From NCBI GenBank assembly GCA_050291745.1, contig JBNKKI010000092.1, positions 13,103-77,102 of the forward strand: a stretch of DNA of 64,000 bases, in the 5' to 3' direction. The position numbers were made by a program, and so were the translations under genes. Positions within the stretch are counted from its first letter, which is position 1, and every line of letters starts with the position of its first letter. Source of the stretch: Gammaproteobacteria bacterium. GTDB taxonomy: Bacteria; Pseudomonadota; Gammaproteobacteria; GCA-001735895. Positions 7,952 to 19,210 of the stretch are shown piece after piece. The notes beneath the pieces were generated by a model. That model made no database searches, was not told where the DNA came from, and saw nothing but the letters and a program-made list of their open reading frames with translations.

Positions 7952-9337
7952 ATGTCTGAAAACACATTTGAAATATATTATTATGACGGTATAAAAGCTG
8001 GTCTGGATAAACAGGAAGTCATTCAAAAACTAGCTGCATTACTAAAGCTTCCTGAAGATAAGTCTGAACGAATAATCTCATCCTTCAATCGCGTCATTAG
8101 AAGCGGACTTACTCGAGAACAGGCTGAAAAATATCTTTATGCGCTTGATAATATTGGTTTACAGGTAAGAATGCAGACTCTTCAGGGTCAGGGTCAGGGT
8201 CAGGGTGAGGATGAGGTACCTTCCTCAGCTGAAAAAGATCAGCAGAAAGTTAAATCAGAGCAACCGGCGCAAACTGGTAAAAAACAGGTGGATTCTTCTT
8301 TAAAGGGTAAATCTCAACTTAATCAGACAAAAGATTTTGATCATTCCAGTAAAAGTGTTGCTGTTAAATTTAATGGAACTGGAATGGAATATTTCAAAAT
8401 CTGGATTGTAAATATTTTTCTGACGATTATTACTTTGGGTATATATTCTGCCTGGGCCAAAGTGCGAAATAAGCAATATTTTTATGGTAATACCATTATT
8501 GATGGTAGCAGTTTTCAATACACTGCAACACCGATTACAATTTTAAAAGGCCGTGTTATTGCTGTAGCTATATTTATTCTATACAGCCTGATTGTTAATT
8601 TGCTACCTTTACTGGGGCTTTTGCTTATGCTTATTTTAATCGGCTTTATACCCTGGCTAATCGTAAGATCACTGGCGTTCAATGCTCGTAACAGTATGTA
8701 TAGAAATATTCGTTTCAATTTTACCGGAAAAGCGATTGATGCTTTTAAAGTTTTTATACTTTGGCCTATTTTAATTATCTTTACCTTTGGATTAATTACA
8801 CCTCTAATCTGGTATAAACAAACCAGTTTCATCGTCAGTAATAGTGCTTATGGCGCTACTTCATTTAACTTCAACACATTGGTCGGTAAATATTTCAATA
8901 TATTTTTCATCGCTCTGGGTGGTTTATTCGGGGCGGGTATTCTACTTTCCTTTTTAACAACCATAGCAGGACCAGCGCTTGTAGTGGTTATTTCTCCGTT
9001 GTTTACATTAACTTATATTGTCTTCTTTGCGTACCTGACAACAGCTTTATCTAATTTACAATTCAATTCTACACATCTTGTCCAACATGGGTTTACTTCT
9101 TCTCTCAAAGTAAGTCAGGTAAGCTGGATATATTTCACCAATATTTTACTTATAATTTTAAGCCTTGGTTTAATGATTCCCTGGGCTATGGTCAGAATGG
9201 CTAGATATCGAGCTGAATGTCTCAGTTTACAGGTACAGGGATCAGTTGATAATTTTATCGCTGTAGAACAACAAAAAGTATCTGCTCTGGGTGACGAATT
9301 AAGTGGCGTGTTTGATGTGGAAGTTTCCTTTATATGA
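7952..9337 (+). CDS. DUF898 (YjgN-like) polytopic inner-membrane protein with a cytoplasmic N-terminal extension
   Basis: Threefold repeated TLGIYSAWAKVR / GLITPLIWYK / GLMIPWAMVR modules with following aromatic/Gly stretch; N-terminal approx. 130 aa Lys/Ser/Gln-rich with a QGQGQGQG run. Confidence 0.6.
   Translation: MSENTFEIYYYDGIKAGLDKQEVIQKLAALLKLPEDKSERIISSFNRVIRSGLTREQAEKYLYALDNIGLQVRMQTLQGQGQGQGEDEVPSSAEKDQQKVKSEQPAQTGKKQVDSSLKGKSQLNQTKDFDHSSKSVAVKFNGTGMEYFKIWIVNIFLTIITLGIYSAWAKVRNKQYFYGNTIIDGSSFQYTATPITILKGRVIAVAIFILYSLIVNLLPLLGLLLMLILIGFIPWLIVRSLAFNARNSMYRNIRFNFTGKAIDAFKVFILWPILIIFTFGLITPLIWYKQTSFIVSNSAYGATSFNFNTLVGKYFNIFFIALGGLFGAGILLSFLTTIAGPALVVVISPLFTLTYIVFFAYLTTALSNLQFNSTHLVQHGFTSSLKVSQVSWIYFTNILLIILSLGLMIPWAMVRMARYRAECLSLQVQGSVDNFIAVEQQKVSALGDELSGVFDVEVSFI
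8183..8206 (+). repeat. in-frame hexanucleotide repeat (CAGGGT)x4 encoding QGQGQGQG inside the DUF898 gene
   Basis: Four perfect tandem CAGGGT units seen directly. Confidence 0.9.
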
Positions 9338-9465
9338 TATCGATTCAGGGACCGTTCTTTTCAAACAGGAGGTCTCGTCGTCAAGCTTCTATATTAGCTT
9401 TCAATCAGTATGATCAGGTCGAAGTTTTTAATGATCAATGAAAATCATGAGTGACATCAAGTCAA

Positions 9466-9677
9466 CCTGGAATTCGCAGTTGGACGAGTTGATTGTGCGT
9501 TTGAGGTAGTGTAGATCTAGGCGTTACAACGAAGAGATACGCCGCCTCACACTTGCAATTCAGTTCGTAGCAGTATGCACCGATTGGGCGATTTTTCCAG
9601 GATTATACACACCAACTGTCATGGTTTATGAAACAGTGGGTTAACCGCTATTGCGAGCGGTCAACTGCGGAATCCAG
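9466..9677 (-). repeat. MITE-like repeat, copy B (short subtype, about 212 bp; central hairpin deleted, about 11 nt insertion)
   Basis: CCTGGAATTCGCAGTTGGACGAG...CGAGCGGTCAACTGCGGAATCCAG; inverted orientation relative to copy A. Confidence 0.85.
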
Positions 9678-10208
9678 ATTCATGTAGAGTTTCTCCGCGC
9701 CTGAGTAATACAACTCGTTACATTTTATTCAACAATGACGATTATTTCGAAACTCTCAGACGTAAAATATTTACACAGCATTACGTGCATAGTATGAACC
9801 GTCTGCAAGTTGAAAAAAATCGGAATTTAGATACGACAGTAAAAACTGATATTGAGAAACAAACGCTTAAAAAATATTCATCTTATCTTTCTAGGTTGAA
9901 ACACCGAAGCGAATTAAACGGTTTCTGGAGCTTGATAAGTAATCTATTACAAATTTAAGATATGGAAAATTGTATTAATCTTTGCAATATACTGATATTA
10001 ATGTATTTTAACTTTGAGGAACCCTTGATTAATGCCGGATCCAGAGAGTAGTGTGATGAAATGTTTCTGGACGCGACTAAAAGTGCAGGTAAATGCCAGT
10101 TATTACAAAACTTTTCAAGGTGGAATTGAAATTTTTGACCACTATTCACCTGTTCGCGTATTAATGAGAGATTCCACTATTAACACTTAATTTAAGAGTA
10201 CAGTTTCT

Positions 10209-13200
10209 ATGGCGACTAAATCTTTATCACTTGGCGAAATTTTAACCAGTCAGGTTATAACTCTACCGCCCGATAGCCAGGTTAGTCATGCTCTTGATAA
10301 AATGCGTGAGAAAAAAATAAGTGCAATTGTCATAGTTCAGGACAGCAAGCCGATAGGTATTTTTACTGAGCGTGATGCCGTGATGATGGTTTTCAATAAT
10401 GAAAATATCAGTCATATTCTGTTAAAAGATGTGATGACTACCCATCTTATTTCCGCTGCTGCGACGATGGATTATCGCGAAGCCTATCGAATGATTAAAA
10501 GTCATAACTTCCGTCATCTGGTCGTGGTTGATGAACAGAAAAATCTGTTAGGGATTCTCTCTGAATCAAATTTCCTGGATCATCTGGGAAATGAATTTCT
10601 TGTTCGATATAAAGAGGTTGGGTCTTTAATGACTCAGACTGTTATCACTTTACCAGTTGATGCGAGCATAAAAGATGCTATTCAACTTATGGCTCATAAT
10701 CGAATATCCTGCATAGTTCTGGAATCTAAAGGTCTACCGAAGGGGATCTTCACTGAGCGAGATTTAATTAAACTGGATAACCATTCTCCAGGTCTGCTTG
10801 CTAAACCAATCAGAAATATTATGTCTTCACCTGTTAAGACAATACTAAAAGAGGAATCTTTACCCAACGCTATTGAAAAAATGGAACGTTCAGGAATACG
10901 TCGCCTTGTTGTTGTTGATGATCAAAATAATATAATCGGACTGATAACACGAAGTGATATCGTTAAACAACTGTATGATCGCCATATAGAGCATTTACAG
11001 AATATTATTAGAGACCGTGAAGAAGAGTTAAAGCTGACTCAGAAACAGCTGAGTATAATGAATGAGCTGATTCAAACTCAACAGCTATTAGAGGAAAAGC
11101 AAATTGAGCTTGAACTTGCATTAGATGCAGGAAAAATTTTCACCTGGAAGCTGTACGCCCGTGATAAATTAATATTCAGTGATTCAAGGATGGCTCAAGT
11201 ATTTGATCTTGATACTGCTCAGATAGAAAAAGGAATTCCCCTTGAACTGTTTATTGCAATAATTGATGAGCAGGATCATGAGCTTATCTATAAATCTATA
11301 GAACATAGTATAAAGACCGGTGAGAATTTTCGTGTTGATTTTCGTATCAGTAAAGGCGATGAAGTAAAATATTTTAAAGCGAGGGGTAAAGCGTCGAAAA
11401 ATAAAGCCAATGAAATCCTAAGCCTGATAGGGATTATTGCTGATGTTACTGGTGATACTAAACATTTACTTTCGTATAAGAAAAGCCAGCAACAATTACT
11501 TCAGGCCCAGCGTATTGCGCGAATGGGTAATTGGGAACTGGATGCGAAAACGCTTAAAGCATTCTGGTCTGATGATTTACATAAGCTTTTAGGTACCACG
11601 GCTGAAATGGATGTGGGTCTTGGTTTACTTGAGTCTTATGTTCATAAAGCCGATTGGTCTGCTTTGAAGAAATCTATTGAATCAGCGATATTTGATGATA
11701 AAAAACATGAGGTTGAATATAGAGTTCAAGCAGCTGATGGATCTACGCACTGGGTATACTGTAAAGCCAAAAATATTAAAGATCATTCTGGGAAAGTCAA
11801 AAAACTGAGTGGGATTTTACAGGATATTACCGAACGTAAATATAAAGATGAAAAAATACGTTTATCAACAGCGGTATTTGAAAATTCACTGGAAGGCATA
11901 CTAATTACCGATATTGATGGAAATATTGTTGATGTAAATCCTGCTTTTTCCGATATTACAGGATACTCTTACGAGGATGTGATTGGTCAAAATACCAGAA
12001 TATTTAAATCGGGCCATCATGATGAAAAATTCTATGCTCAAATATGGCAGTCACTTAATGATTTCGGACAATGGCGCGGTGAAATCTGGAATCGACGTAG
12101 AGATGGTTCAGTTTTTCCTGAGTGGGAAAATATAAGTAGTGTGTTTGATGATCAGGGTAACAGGACGCATTATGTTTCTGTTTTTTCAGATATTAGTCAG
12201 ATTAAAAATACGCAGATAAAACTTGACTATCTGGCTCATCATGATGCTTTAACTGATTTACCTAACCGGCTGTTACTCAACGAGCGCTTAAATCAGGCAA
12301 TTCGTCATGCTAAACGATTATCCTCTAAGATGGCGATATTTTTTCTGGATCTGGATAATTTTAAGCACATTAATGACAGTCTGGGGCATCCTACCGGTGA
12401 TAGTTTACTTAAAGCTGTAACGGCTAAATTGCTGGAAACTGTTCGCCAGGATGACACAGTAGCTCGCATCGGCGGCGATGAATTTGTGTTATTACTGGAA
12501 GATATTTCCAGGCCTGAAAATGCAATTCTGATGGCTGATAAACTACTCGCTATTTTTCAGCATTCTTTTGATCTTAAGGATCATCAAATCGGTATCACAG
12601 CCAGTATGGGAATTTGTCTATATCCAGAGGATGGGGAGGATACTGAAACGCTTATGCGAAATGCAGATTCTGCTATGTATCTTGCGAAAACTGAAGGACG
12701 CAATACCTATCAGTTTTACACTAAGGAATTGACTCGAAATGCTTTTGAAAGAGTATTGCTTGAAAATAATTTACGAAAAGCTATCGATAATAAGGAATTC
12801 CTGCTTCATTTTCAGCCGCAATATAATTTAACGGATTTAAAGATAATAGGATTCGAAGCCCTGATTCGTTGGAATCATCCTGATCTAGGAATCTTATCTC
12901 CGGTGAAATTTATTCCTATCGCAGAAGATTCCGGTCTTATCATACCTATTGGAAAATGGGTTTTAACTGAAGCCTGTCTTGTTGCAAAACAATGGCTGGA
13001 CAGTGGCTATGACTTTGGCAGAATTGCCGTTAATATTGCCGGACCTCAATTACAGCGAGGTAATCTTATCAATGATGTCAATGAAGCATTAAAATTGAGC
13101 GGTTTAGCTGCCAATTATCTGGAGTTGGAAATTACGGAAGGTTTTATCATGCAACAGGCTAAGGATGCTATACAACAATTAAATGAATTAAGGATAATGG

Positions 13201-13508
13201 GTATCACAATTTCGATAGATGATTTTGGTACTGGATATTCCTCTCTCAGTTATTTAAAGCAGCTACCGGTTCAAAAAATTAAAATTGATCAATCTTTTAT
13301 CAGGGATATTCCTGATGATACAAATGATATGGCTATAGCAGATGCCATTATAGCCATGGGTAAATCTCTCGGATTAATTGTTATCGCTGAGGGTGTTGAA
13401 ACCCAGCAACAAGCTGATTTTTTAAAGCAGTTTGGTTGTCAGGAAGCGCAGGGTTTCTTATATAATAAACCATTAAGCATTGAAGAAATTCATAAACAGT
13501 TTATTTAA
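10209..13508 (+). CDS. CBS-pair(x2)-PAS-GGDEF-EAL c-di-GMP signalling protein
   Basis: 1099 aa; two CBS pairs at the N-terminus, PAS region, GGDEF (RIGGDEF present), EAL (EALIRW, DDFGTGYSS, QGF). Confidence 0.9.
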   Translation: MATKSLSLGEILTSQVITLPPDSQVSHALDKMREKKISAIVIVQDSKPIGIFTERDAVMMVFNNENISHILLKDVMTTHLISAAATMDYREAYRMIKSHNFRHLVVVDEQKNLLGILSESNFLDHLGNEFLVRYKEVGSLMTQTVITLPVDASIKDAIQLMAHNRISCIVLESKGLPKGIFTERDLIKLDNHSPGLLAKPIRNIMSSPVKTILKEESLPNAIEKMERSGIRRLVVVDDQNNIIGLITRSDIVKQLYDRHIEHLQNIIRDREEELKLTQKQLSIMNELIQTQQLLEEKQIELELALDAGKIFTWKLYARDKLIFSDSRMAQVFDLDTAQIEKGIPLELFIAIIDEQDHELIYKSIEHSIKTGENFRVDFRISKGDEVKYFKARGKASKNKANEILSLIGIIADVTGDTKHLLSYKKSQQQLLQAQRIARMGNWELDAKTLKAFWSDDLHKLLGTTAEMDVGLGLLESYVHKADWSALKKSIESAIFDDKKHEVEYRVQAADGSTHWVYCKAKNIKDHSGKVKKLSGILQDITERKYKDEKIRLSTAVFENSLEGILITDIDGNIVDVNPAFSDITGYSYEDVIGQNTRIFKSGHHDEKFYAQIWQSLNDFGQWRGEIWNRRRDGSVFPEWENISSVFDDQGNRTHYVSVFSDISQIKNTQIKLDYLAHHDALTDLPNRLLLNERLNQAIRHAKRLSSKMAIFFLDLDNFKHINDSLGHPTGDSLLKAVTAKLLETVRQDDTVARIGGDEFVLLLEDISRPENAILMADKLLAIFQHSFDLKDHQIGITASMGICLYPEDGEDTETLMRNADSAMYLAKTEGRNTYQFYTKELTRNAFERVLLENNLRKAIDNKEFLLHFQPQYNLTDLKIIGFEALIRWNHPDLGILSPVKFIPIAEDSGLIIPIGKWVLTEACLVAKQWLDSGYDFGRIAVNIAGPQLQRGNLINDVNEALKLSGLAANYLELEITEGFIMQQAKDAIQQLNELRIMGITISIDDFGTGYSSLSYLKQLPVQKIKIDQSFIRDIPDDTNDMAIADAIIAMGKSLGLIVIAEGVETQQQADFLKQFGCQEAQGFLYNKPLSIEEIHKQFI

Positions 13509-13584
13509 CTTAAGTAAAGAAATCCCTGGTTAAGTCAAAGCTTTCTAAATTATAAAAACGAGATAAATTTATCCTGATGAAAGA

Positions 13585-14301
13585 TTAAAATGATAACTGT
13601 TTTTTGACTTCCTTATAATCGATATGACGAACATCTTTGCCATGTTTTAGAAATAAAACATATTCACAGATATTGATTGCATGGTCACCCACTCGTTCAA
13701 GTGCTCTGGCACACCAGGATACACGTAGAGCGTTTTTTATTGTTCTGGGGTCTTCCATCATTAAAGTGATTAACTGTCGCATCAGGGATTCAAACTCTTC
13801 GTTTACTTTTTGATTCTTTTTGAGAGTTTTAAGTGCAACTTCATCATCGAGTCTGGCAAAAGAATTTAAGGCATTATTTAACATACGACTGACAAGTTGT
13901 CCCAGGTGTTCGAGCTTGGCGTATTGCAAGGAAGTTGAGCCTTCATCCAGTAACTCCAGTTCAAATTTACCTAGTTTTTCAGCCTGATCTCCTATTCTTT
14001 CCAGATCAGTTATGGTTTTTATAATGGCCACCACCAGACGAAGATCACTGGCTGCAGGTTGTCTTCTAGCGAGGATTTCAACACACTGGCTATCAATTTC
14101 AACTTCCATTGCATTTATCTTGTAATCTTCTGTAGATACAAGTTGTGCAATTTCTGAATTTGATTCCATTAAAGCCTTTATGCCATTGTTTAACTGGGTT
14201 TCAACCATGCCACCCATGGTTAATACTTTATTTCTAATGTCTTCCAGTTCGTTATCAAATCGTTTCGATATGTGACCGCCTAACGGAGATTCTGTATTCA
14301 T
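13585..14301 (-). CDS. phoU: phosphate-specific transport regulator PhoU
   Basis: 238 aa, duplicated PhoU helices (DxxIEVxxxRI-type motifs), last gene of the pst operon. Confidence 0.9.
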   Translation of the reverse strand: MNTESPLGGHISKRFDNELEDIRNKVLTMGGMVETQLNNGIKALMESNSEIAQLVSTEDYKINAMEVEIDSQCVEILARRQPAASDLRLVVAIIKTITDLERIGDQAEKLGKFELELLDEGSTSLQYAKLEHLGQLVSRMLNNALNSFARLDDEVALKTLKKNQKVNEEFESLMRQLITLMMEDPRTIKNALRVSWCARALERVGDHAINICEYVLFLKHGKDVRHIDYKEVKKQLSF

Positions 14302-14321
14302 AGAGTGTAATATCCTGATGA

Positions 14322-15230
14322 TTATCCAAATTTTCCAGTGATGTAATTTTCAGTCAATTCGTGACGTGGATTGGTAAATATCTGAGAGGTTTCACCAACT
14401 TCAATTATTTTTCCTAAATGAAAATAGGCAGTTCGTTGAGAAACTCTGGCAGCTTGCTGCATAGAGTGGGTTACGATTGCTATTGTGAAATTCTCTCGTA
14501 GTTCATCAATCAATTCCTCAATAATTGCTGTTGCAATAGGGTCAAGTGCAGAAGCGGGTTCATCCATCAGAATAACTTCAGGGCTGACCGCTATTGTCCT
14601 GGCAATACATAACCTTTGCTGTTGTCCACCAGAAAGACCTGTTCCAGGTTCATTTAAGCGATCTTTGACTTCTTTATATAGACCGGCTTTTTCAAGACTG
14701 GTTATGACTATTTCATCAAGATCAGAATTAGTTCTTGCCAGGCCATGTAAACGGGGACCATAAGCTACATTGTCATAAATTGACTTGGGAAAAGGATTAG
14801 GTTTCTGAAATACCATACCAACTCTGGCCCGTAATAATACTGGGTCCATTTTCCTGCTATAAATATCTTCATTATCCAGTAAAAACTCACCACTAACTCG
14901 ACAGCTTGAAATAGTGTCGTTCATTCGATTAAGTGTTCTTAGATAGGTGGATTTACCACAACCTGAAGGTCCAATCAGTGCAATTACTTCATTGCGGCCT
15001 ATATCAAGTGAAGCATCAAAAATCGCCTGTTTTTCACCATAAAATACATTCACATTTCGTGTTTTAAACTTGGCATTTTGCAGAATATTTTCACCAATCG
15101 TGACATGCTGCTTTTGTTTACTACCTGTATCAGTAGCATTATCTGTAATATCTTCTTGCATAGTATCGGGATTCGCTCGAAAAGACTTTGAGAATGTCGT
15201 TGTTGTCTCAGTTAACATCATTCTTACCAC
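14322..15230 (-). CDS. pstB: phosphate ABC transporter ATP-binding protein PstB; the true start is probably downstream of the annotated one
   Basis: Walker [10 protein letters not shown], signature LSGGQQQRL, Walker B ILMDEP; [16 protein letters not shown] matches the PstB N-terminus; annotated start overlaps the pstA stop. Confidence 0.9.
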   Translation of the reverse strand: MVRMMLTETTTTFSKSFRANPDTMQEDITDNATDTGSKQKQHVTIGENILQNAKFKTRNVNVFYGEKQAIFDASLDIGRNEVIALIGPSGCGKSTYLRTLNRMNDTISSCRVSGEFLLDNEDIYSRKMDPVLLRARVGMVFQKPNPFPKSIYDNVAYGPRLHGLARTNSDLDEIVITSLEKAGLYKEVKDRLNEPGTGLSGGQQQRLCIARTIAVSPEVILMDEPASALDPIATAIIEELIDELRENFTIAIVTHSMQQAARVSQRTAYFHLGKIIEVGETSQIFTNPRHELTENYITGKFG

Positions 15231-16501
15231 CGCCTTTCAAAATGTTTTCGTAAAAAGATAGCTAAGGTATTCATAATAGCCAGAAAGACTAATAAAACCA
15301 GAATAGTCGCAGCTGTTAAAGCTGTGAATGCTCGTTCCGGGCTATCAGACCATAAGTAAATTTGAACGGGTAAAACGGTTGCTGAATCTACTATACCACC
15401 AGGCACATCGACAATAAAAGCAACCATTCCAATCATCAGTAGTGGGGCTGTTTCACCTAGAGCCTGTGCCATACCAATGATAGTACCAGTCAATATACCC
15501 GGCATAGCAAGTGGTAGAACATGATGAAATACCGTTTGCATATGAGATGCTCCGATGCCCAGAGCCGCTTCCTTAATAGAAGGTGGTACGGATTTAATGG
15601 CTGCGCGGCTTGAAATGATAATAGTCGGTAGCGTCATTAATGATAAAACCAGGCCACCGACAAGAGGAACAGAGCGGGGCATACCAAAAAAATTGATAAA
15701 TACGGCCAGTCCCAACAGACCAAAAACGATAGAAGGTACGGCAGCCAGGTTATTGATATTTATTTCAATAAAGTCAGTCAGTTTATTTTGAGGAGCAAAC
15801 TCTTCCAGATAAACTGCGGCACCTATTCCTACCGGTAATGAAATTAACAGGGTTACCAGTAAGGTCCAGAATGAACCAAGCAGGGCACCTTTAATACCTG
15901 CCTGTTCAGGTTCTCTGGAATCACTGGCTAACAAAAAATTTGTATTAAAACTGGTACGAATATGCTCATTCTGAATTAAATGATCGATATATATTGCCTG
16001 CCTGTCGCTAACGCGACTAGTTTTAGTTTGCAGCTTATAGAAAGTATCGATGTCATCATCTGCTTTCAACCAGACAGGGAGTACTGGATTTTCATTTTTA
16101 GAAGAAATTAATTCAGGGTGTTTCAATATATATTCACGCAGAGAAAACTCAGCACCACTGGATATCAATTTATATAATTGTTTCTTATCCTTTCTTTTGT
16201 GAACTTCAGGGAACATCTGGCTGAGTGATTTCTTTATCAAACCATAATAATTAATGGCAGATAGTGTTTCTTCATTAATAATCGCATCTGGAGAGAGCTC
16301 CAGTGCTTCTCTATCAATTGCAATCTCTAACAGGATTTCTGTGCTTTGAAACGCGGGTATTGCTTTGATGAATATATCCGCCAAAAGTAATGCAAGGAAT
16401 ACGAAACCCGTTAAAACCGCCAGTTTTCCATACCATTGAAATCGTTTTTCCCTGGCATAGCGCTTGCTCAATCCCTTCTTAACTATATCTGTATTATTCA
16501 T
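15224..16501 (-). CDS. pstA: phosphate ABC transporter permease PstA (long form)
   Basis: 425 aa, permease EAA region ...[20 protein letters not shown]; operon position. Confidence 0.85.
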   Translation of the reverse strand: MNNTDIVKKGLSKRYAREKRFQWYGKLAVLTGFVFLALLLADIFIKAIPAFQSTEILLEIAIDREALELSPDAIINEETLSAINYYGLIKKSLSQMFPEVHKRKDKKQLYKLISSGAEFSLREYILKHPELISSKNENPVLPVWLKADDDIDTFYKLQTKTSRVSDRQAIYIDHLIQNEHIRTSFNTNFLLASDSREPEQAGIKGALLGSFWTLLVTLLISLPVGIGAAVYLEEFAPQNKLTDFIEININNLAAVPSIVFGLLGLAVFINFFGMPRSVPLVGGLVLSLMTLPTIIISSRAAIKSVPPSIKEAALGIGASHMQTVFHHVLPLAMPGILTGTIIGMAQALGETAPLLMIGMVAFIVDVPGGIVDSATVLPVQIYLWSDSPERAFTALTAATILVLLVFLAIMNTLAIFLRKHFERRW

Positions 16502-17864
16502 ATTGTTCCCGATATTTTCTTACGATATGCAGAGCAATTACATTGAGTAATAATGTCGTAACAAAGAGCATCAAACCCAGCGCGAAAGCTGCCAGTGTCT
16601 TTGGGCTGTCAAATTCCTGATCCCCGGTTAACAGGGTTACAATTTGAACAGTAACAGTTGTCACTGCATCCAGCGGGTTGGCTGTCATATTAGCGGCCAT
16701 ACCAGCGGCCATAACGACAATCATGGTTTCACCTATTGCTCTGGAAGCAGCTAATAACACTCCACCGACAATACCGGGTAAAGCGGCTGGAATTATGACC
16801 TGTTTAATTGTCTCTGACTTAGTTGCACCGAGGCCAAGCGAACCATCTCGCATGGCCTGGGGGACAGCAGTGATAACATCATCTGATAATGATGAGACAA
16901 AAGGTATTATCATCACACCCATCACAACACCGGCAGCCAGCGCTGATTCGGAAGCGACACTCAGGCCGATAGATTCACCTGCAGATCGTATAAATGGAGC
17001 AACACTTAGCGCAGCAAAAAAACCATAAACAACAGTGGGAATTCCCGCCAGTAATTCAAGTGCTGGTTTTGCCAGAGAGCGAAACCTTTCTGAAGCATAT
17101 TCAGATAAATAAATAGCCGAAAGTAAACCAATTGGGACAGCTATGAACATCGCTATTGCGGATATCAGCATAGTACCAACAAATAAAGGAATAGCACCAA
17201 AGGATCCTGATGAACCAACCTGATCGGAACGAATTGCTGTTTGGGGACTCCAGTTAGTACCTAACATAAAATCTGTAAAAGGAATAGAGTCAAAAAATCT
17301 TAGAGCTTCGAAAAGAACTGATAAAACGATTCCAATAGTTGTAAAAATTGCAACTGCAGAACACAAAGCTAAAAGGCCTTTAATTACTTTTTCAACGCCA
17401 ACACGGGCATGGCTATTAAGTAGTTTTTTTGTTAAGCCTAATATGATGCCGGACAGGCTGAGTAATATAACCAGAATAGTTAAAATGATGCGGCCTTTTT
17501 TCTCGGCTGCATAGTAGCTATCAATAGCTTTTTGTATAACAGGGTCATCACTTGTCTCTCCGTTAGCAATAGCCAGATCAATGCTATTGATATACAAATC
17601 AAGAGAATCTGAACTTTGAATTGACAGATTATCAGGCAGACTAAGAACAATTTGATGATGCAAATAAGCCGGTTGAAACATCATCCAGAATAAAATTAAT
17701 ACTAAAGCAGGAATACCACTTATCAAAGCGGTTAAGACACCATAATGTTTTGGCAAAGATTTGAGTTTTGAACTTGTCCCATGAATAAACGCACGTTGAC
17801 GTGCGCTTATAAACGCGATTAGGCTCAGACCTATAACCAGCAGAAGTAGGGCAGAACTATTCAT
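16494..17864 (-). CDS. pstC: phosphate ABC transporter permease PstC (long form)
   Basis: 456 aa, polytopic, EAA-like region ...LGATKSETIKQVIIPAALPGI; between pstS and pstA. Confidence 0.85.
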   Translation of the reverse strand: MNSSALLLLVIGLSLIAFISARQRAFIHGTSSKLKSLPKHYGVLTALISGIPALVLILFWMMFQPAYLHHQIVLSLPDNLSIQSSDSLDLYINSIDLAIANGETSDDPVIQKAIDSYYAAEKKGRIILTILVILLSLSGIILGLTKKLLNSHARVGVEKVIKGLLALCSAVAIFTTIGIVLSVLFEALRFFDSIPFTDFMLGTNWSPQTAIRSDQVGSSGSFGAIPLFVGTMLISAIAMFIAVPIGLLSAIYLSEYASERFRSLAKPALELLAGIPTVVYGFFAALSVAPFIRSAGESIGLSVASESALAAGVVMGVMIIPFVSSLSDDVITAVPQAMRDGSLGLGATKSETIKQVIIPAALPGIVGGVLLAASRAIGETMIVVMAAGMAANMTANPLDAVTTVTVQIVTLLTGDQEFDSPKTLAAFALGLMLFVTTLLLNVIALHIVRKYREQYE

Positions 17865-17923
17865 TTAGGAAAGATTCAGTAAAAAGTTGAATGAATGTTA
17901 AAGGTAAATACAATTTCAAACCA

Positions 17924-17956
17924 GAAGAAACTCCCGGAATAAACGGGAATTTCTTC
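17924..17956 (-). promoter_or_regulatory. intercistronic stem-loop between pstS and pstC
   Basis: GAAGAAAcTCCCG-gaataaa-CGGGAaTTTCTTC: 12-13 bp stem, 7 nt loop, inside the 114 bp pstS-pstC gap. Confidence 0.5.
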
Positions 17957-17978
17957 AGGCAGGATGTCATAAACTCTC

Positions 17979-19019
17979 TTACATTTTAAACTTTTTACCC
18001 ATCATAATGCTTTTACGTAAAGCTGTACGATCTGCTGAAGATAATGGGATTAATCCTTTATCCAGTAAGTAACCGTCATCACCCATAGCCGCTTCTGTTG
18101 TAAACTCTTTTAGATATTCTTTCATACCTGGTATAGCATCTATGTGAGCATTCTTTACATAGAAAAATAATGGGCGAGAGATAGGGTAAGATCCATCAGA
18201 GATTGTTTCAAATTCTGGTGATTCACCTTCAACCAGTGAGCCCTGAACCTTATCATCGTTCTGCTCCAGGAATGAAAATCCAAAAATACCAAGGGCATTT
18301 GAATTTTTTTCCAGCTTTTGAACAATCAGGTTATCATTTTCACCCGCTTCAATATAAGGACCATCTTCACGAATAGTATGACAAATTGCTTTATAAGCCT
18401 TTTTGTCTTTCTTTTTCATGGCTTTGATCCAGTCAAATTTCTTACAACCACCTTCCATAGCCAATTCTGCAAAAGCATCACGTGTACCAGAAGTAGGTGG
18501 TGGTCCTAATACTTCAATTGTGGAATTTGGTAATGAACTATTGACCTGATTCCATGTTTTATAAGGATTTTCTACCAGTGTTTTACTACCATCAGGATTC
18601 GGTACCTGTTTGGCCAGAGCCAGAAATAAATCCTTACGGGTTAATGAAAATTTCGGTGCTTCTTTTGAATTAGCAATAGCAATTCCATCATAACCAATTT
18701 GTACTTCAGTAATATCTGTAACACCATTTTTCTGACATTTATCATACTCAGATTTTTTAATGGCTCGTGAAGCATTCGTGATGTCAGGAGTATCTAGTCC
18801 GACTCCAGCGCAGAATAGTTTCATACCACCACCTGAACCGGTTGATTCTATTTTTGGAGTATTAAATTTTGTTTTTTTCCCAAATTTTTCAGCTACAACT
18901 GTAGCGAAAGGGTACACTGTTGAGGATCCAACAATGTTAATAGTATCTCTACCTGCAGCCACTGCTGATAAAGAAACCAAGCTTGTTGCTATGGCTGCTG
19001 CCAATACTAATTTTTTCAT
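17979..19019 (-). CDS. pstS: periplasmic phosphate-binding protein PstS
   Basis: 346 aa with signal peptide, SGSGGG and binding-protein fold motifs; first gene of the pst operon. Confidence 0.9.
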   Translation of the reverse strand: MKKLVLAAAIATSLVSLSAVAAGRDTINIVGSSTVYPFATVVAEKFGKKTKFNTPKIESTGSGGGMKLFCAGVGLDTPDITNASRAIKKSEYDKCQKNGVTDITEVQIGYDGIAIANSKEAPKFSLTRKDLFLALAKQVPNPDGSKTLVENPYKTWNQVNSSLPNSTIEVLGPPPTSGTRDAFAELAMEGGCKKFDWIKAMKKKDKKAYKAICHTIREDGPYIEAGENDNLIVQKLEKNSNALGIFGFSFLEQNDDKVQGSLVEGESPEFETISDGSYPISRPLFFYVKNAHIDAIPGMKEYLKEFTTEAAMGDDGYLLDKGLIPLSSADRTALRKSIMMGKKFKM

Positions 19020-19081
19020 AATTTCTCCTACAAGAGTTTAATGTGACATAAATCAACTGATGAGCATTATGAAGATTAAAT

Positions 19082-19099
19082 ATGACAGAAATGTTACAA
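19082..19099 (-). promoter_or_regulatory. Pho box (PhoB binding site) upstream of pstS
   Basis: - strand reads TTGTAAC ATTT CTGTCAT (7-4-7 direct repeat) about 63 bp upstream of the pstS start. Confidence 0.6.
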
Positions 19100-19210
19100 A
19101 ACCAAATGTATTTAACGGCTAAATAGTTTAGCCTTCAAACATAATAAAAAATTCATATATCTTCTATTTTAAAATCAAAAATTCCATACATTTCGGGGTT
19201 AATAAATATC

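Noticed and set aside
9955-10149. 64 aa ORF upstream of the CBS-GGDEF-EAL gene
   Set aside because: No ribosome-binding site, AT-rich intergenic context, and no motif. Probably a spurious ORF.
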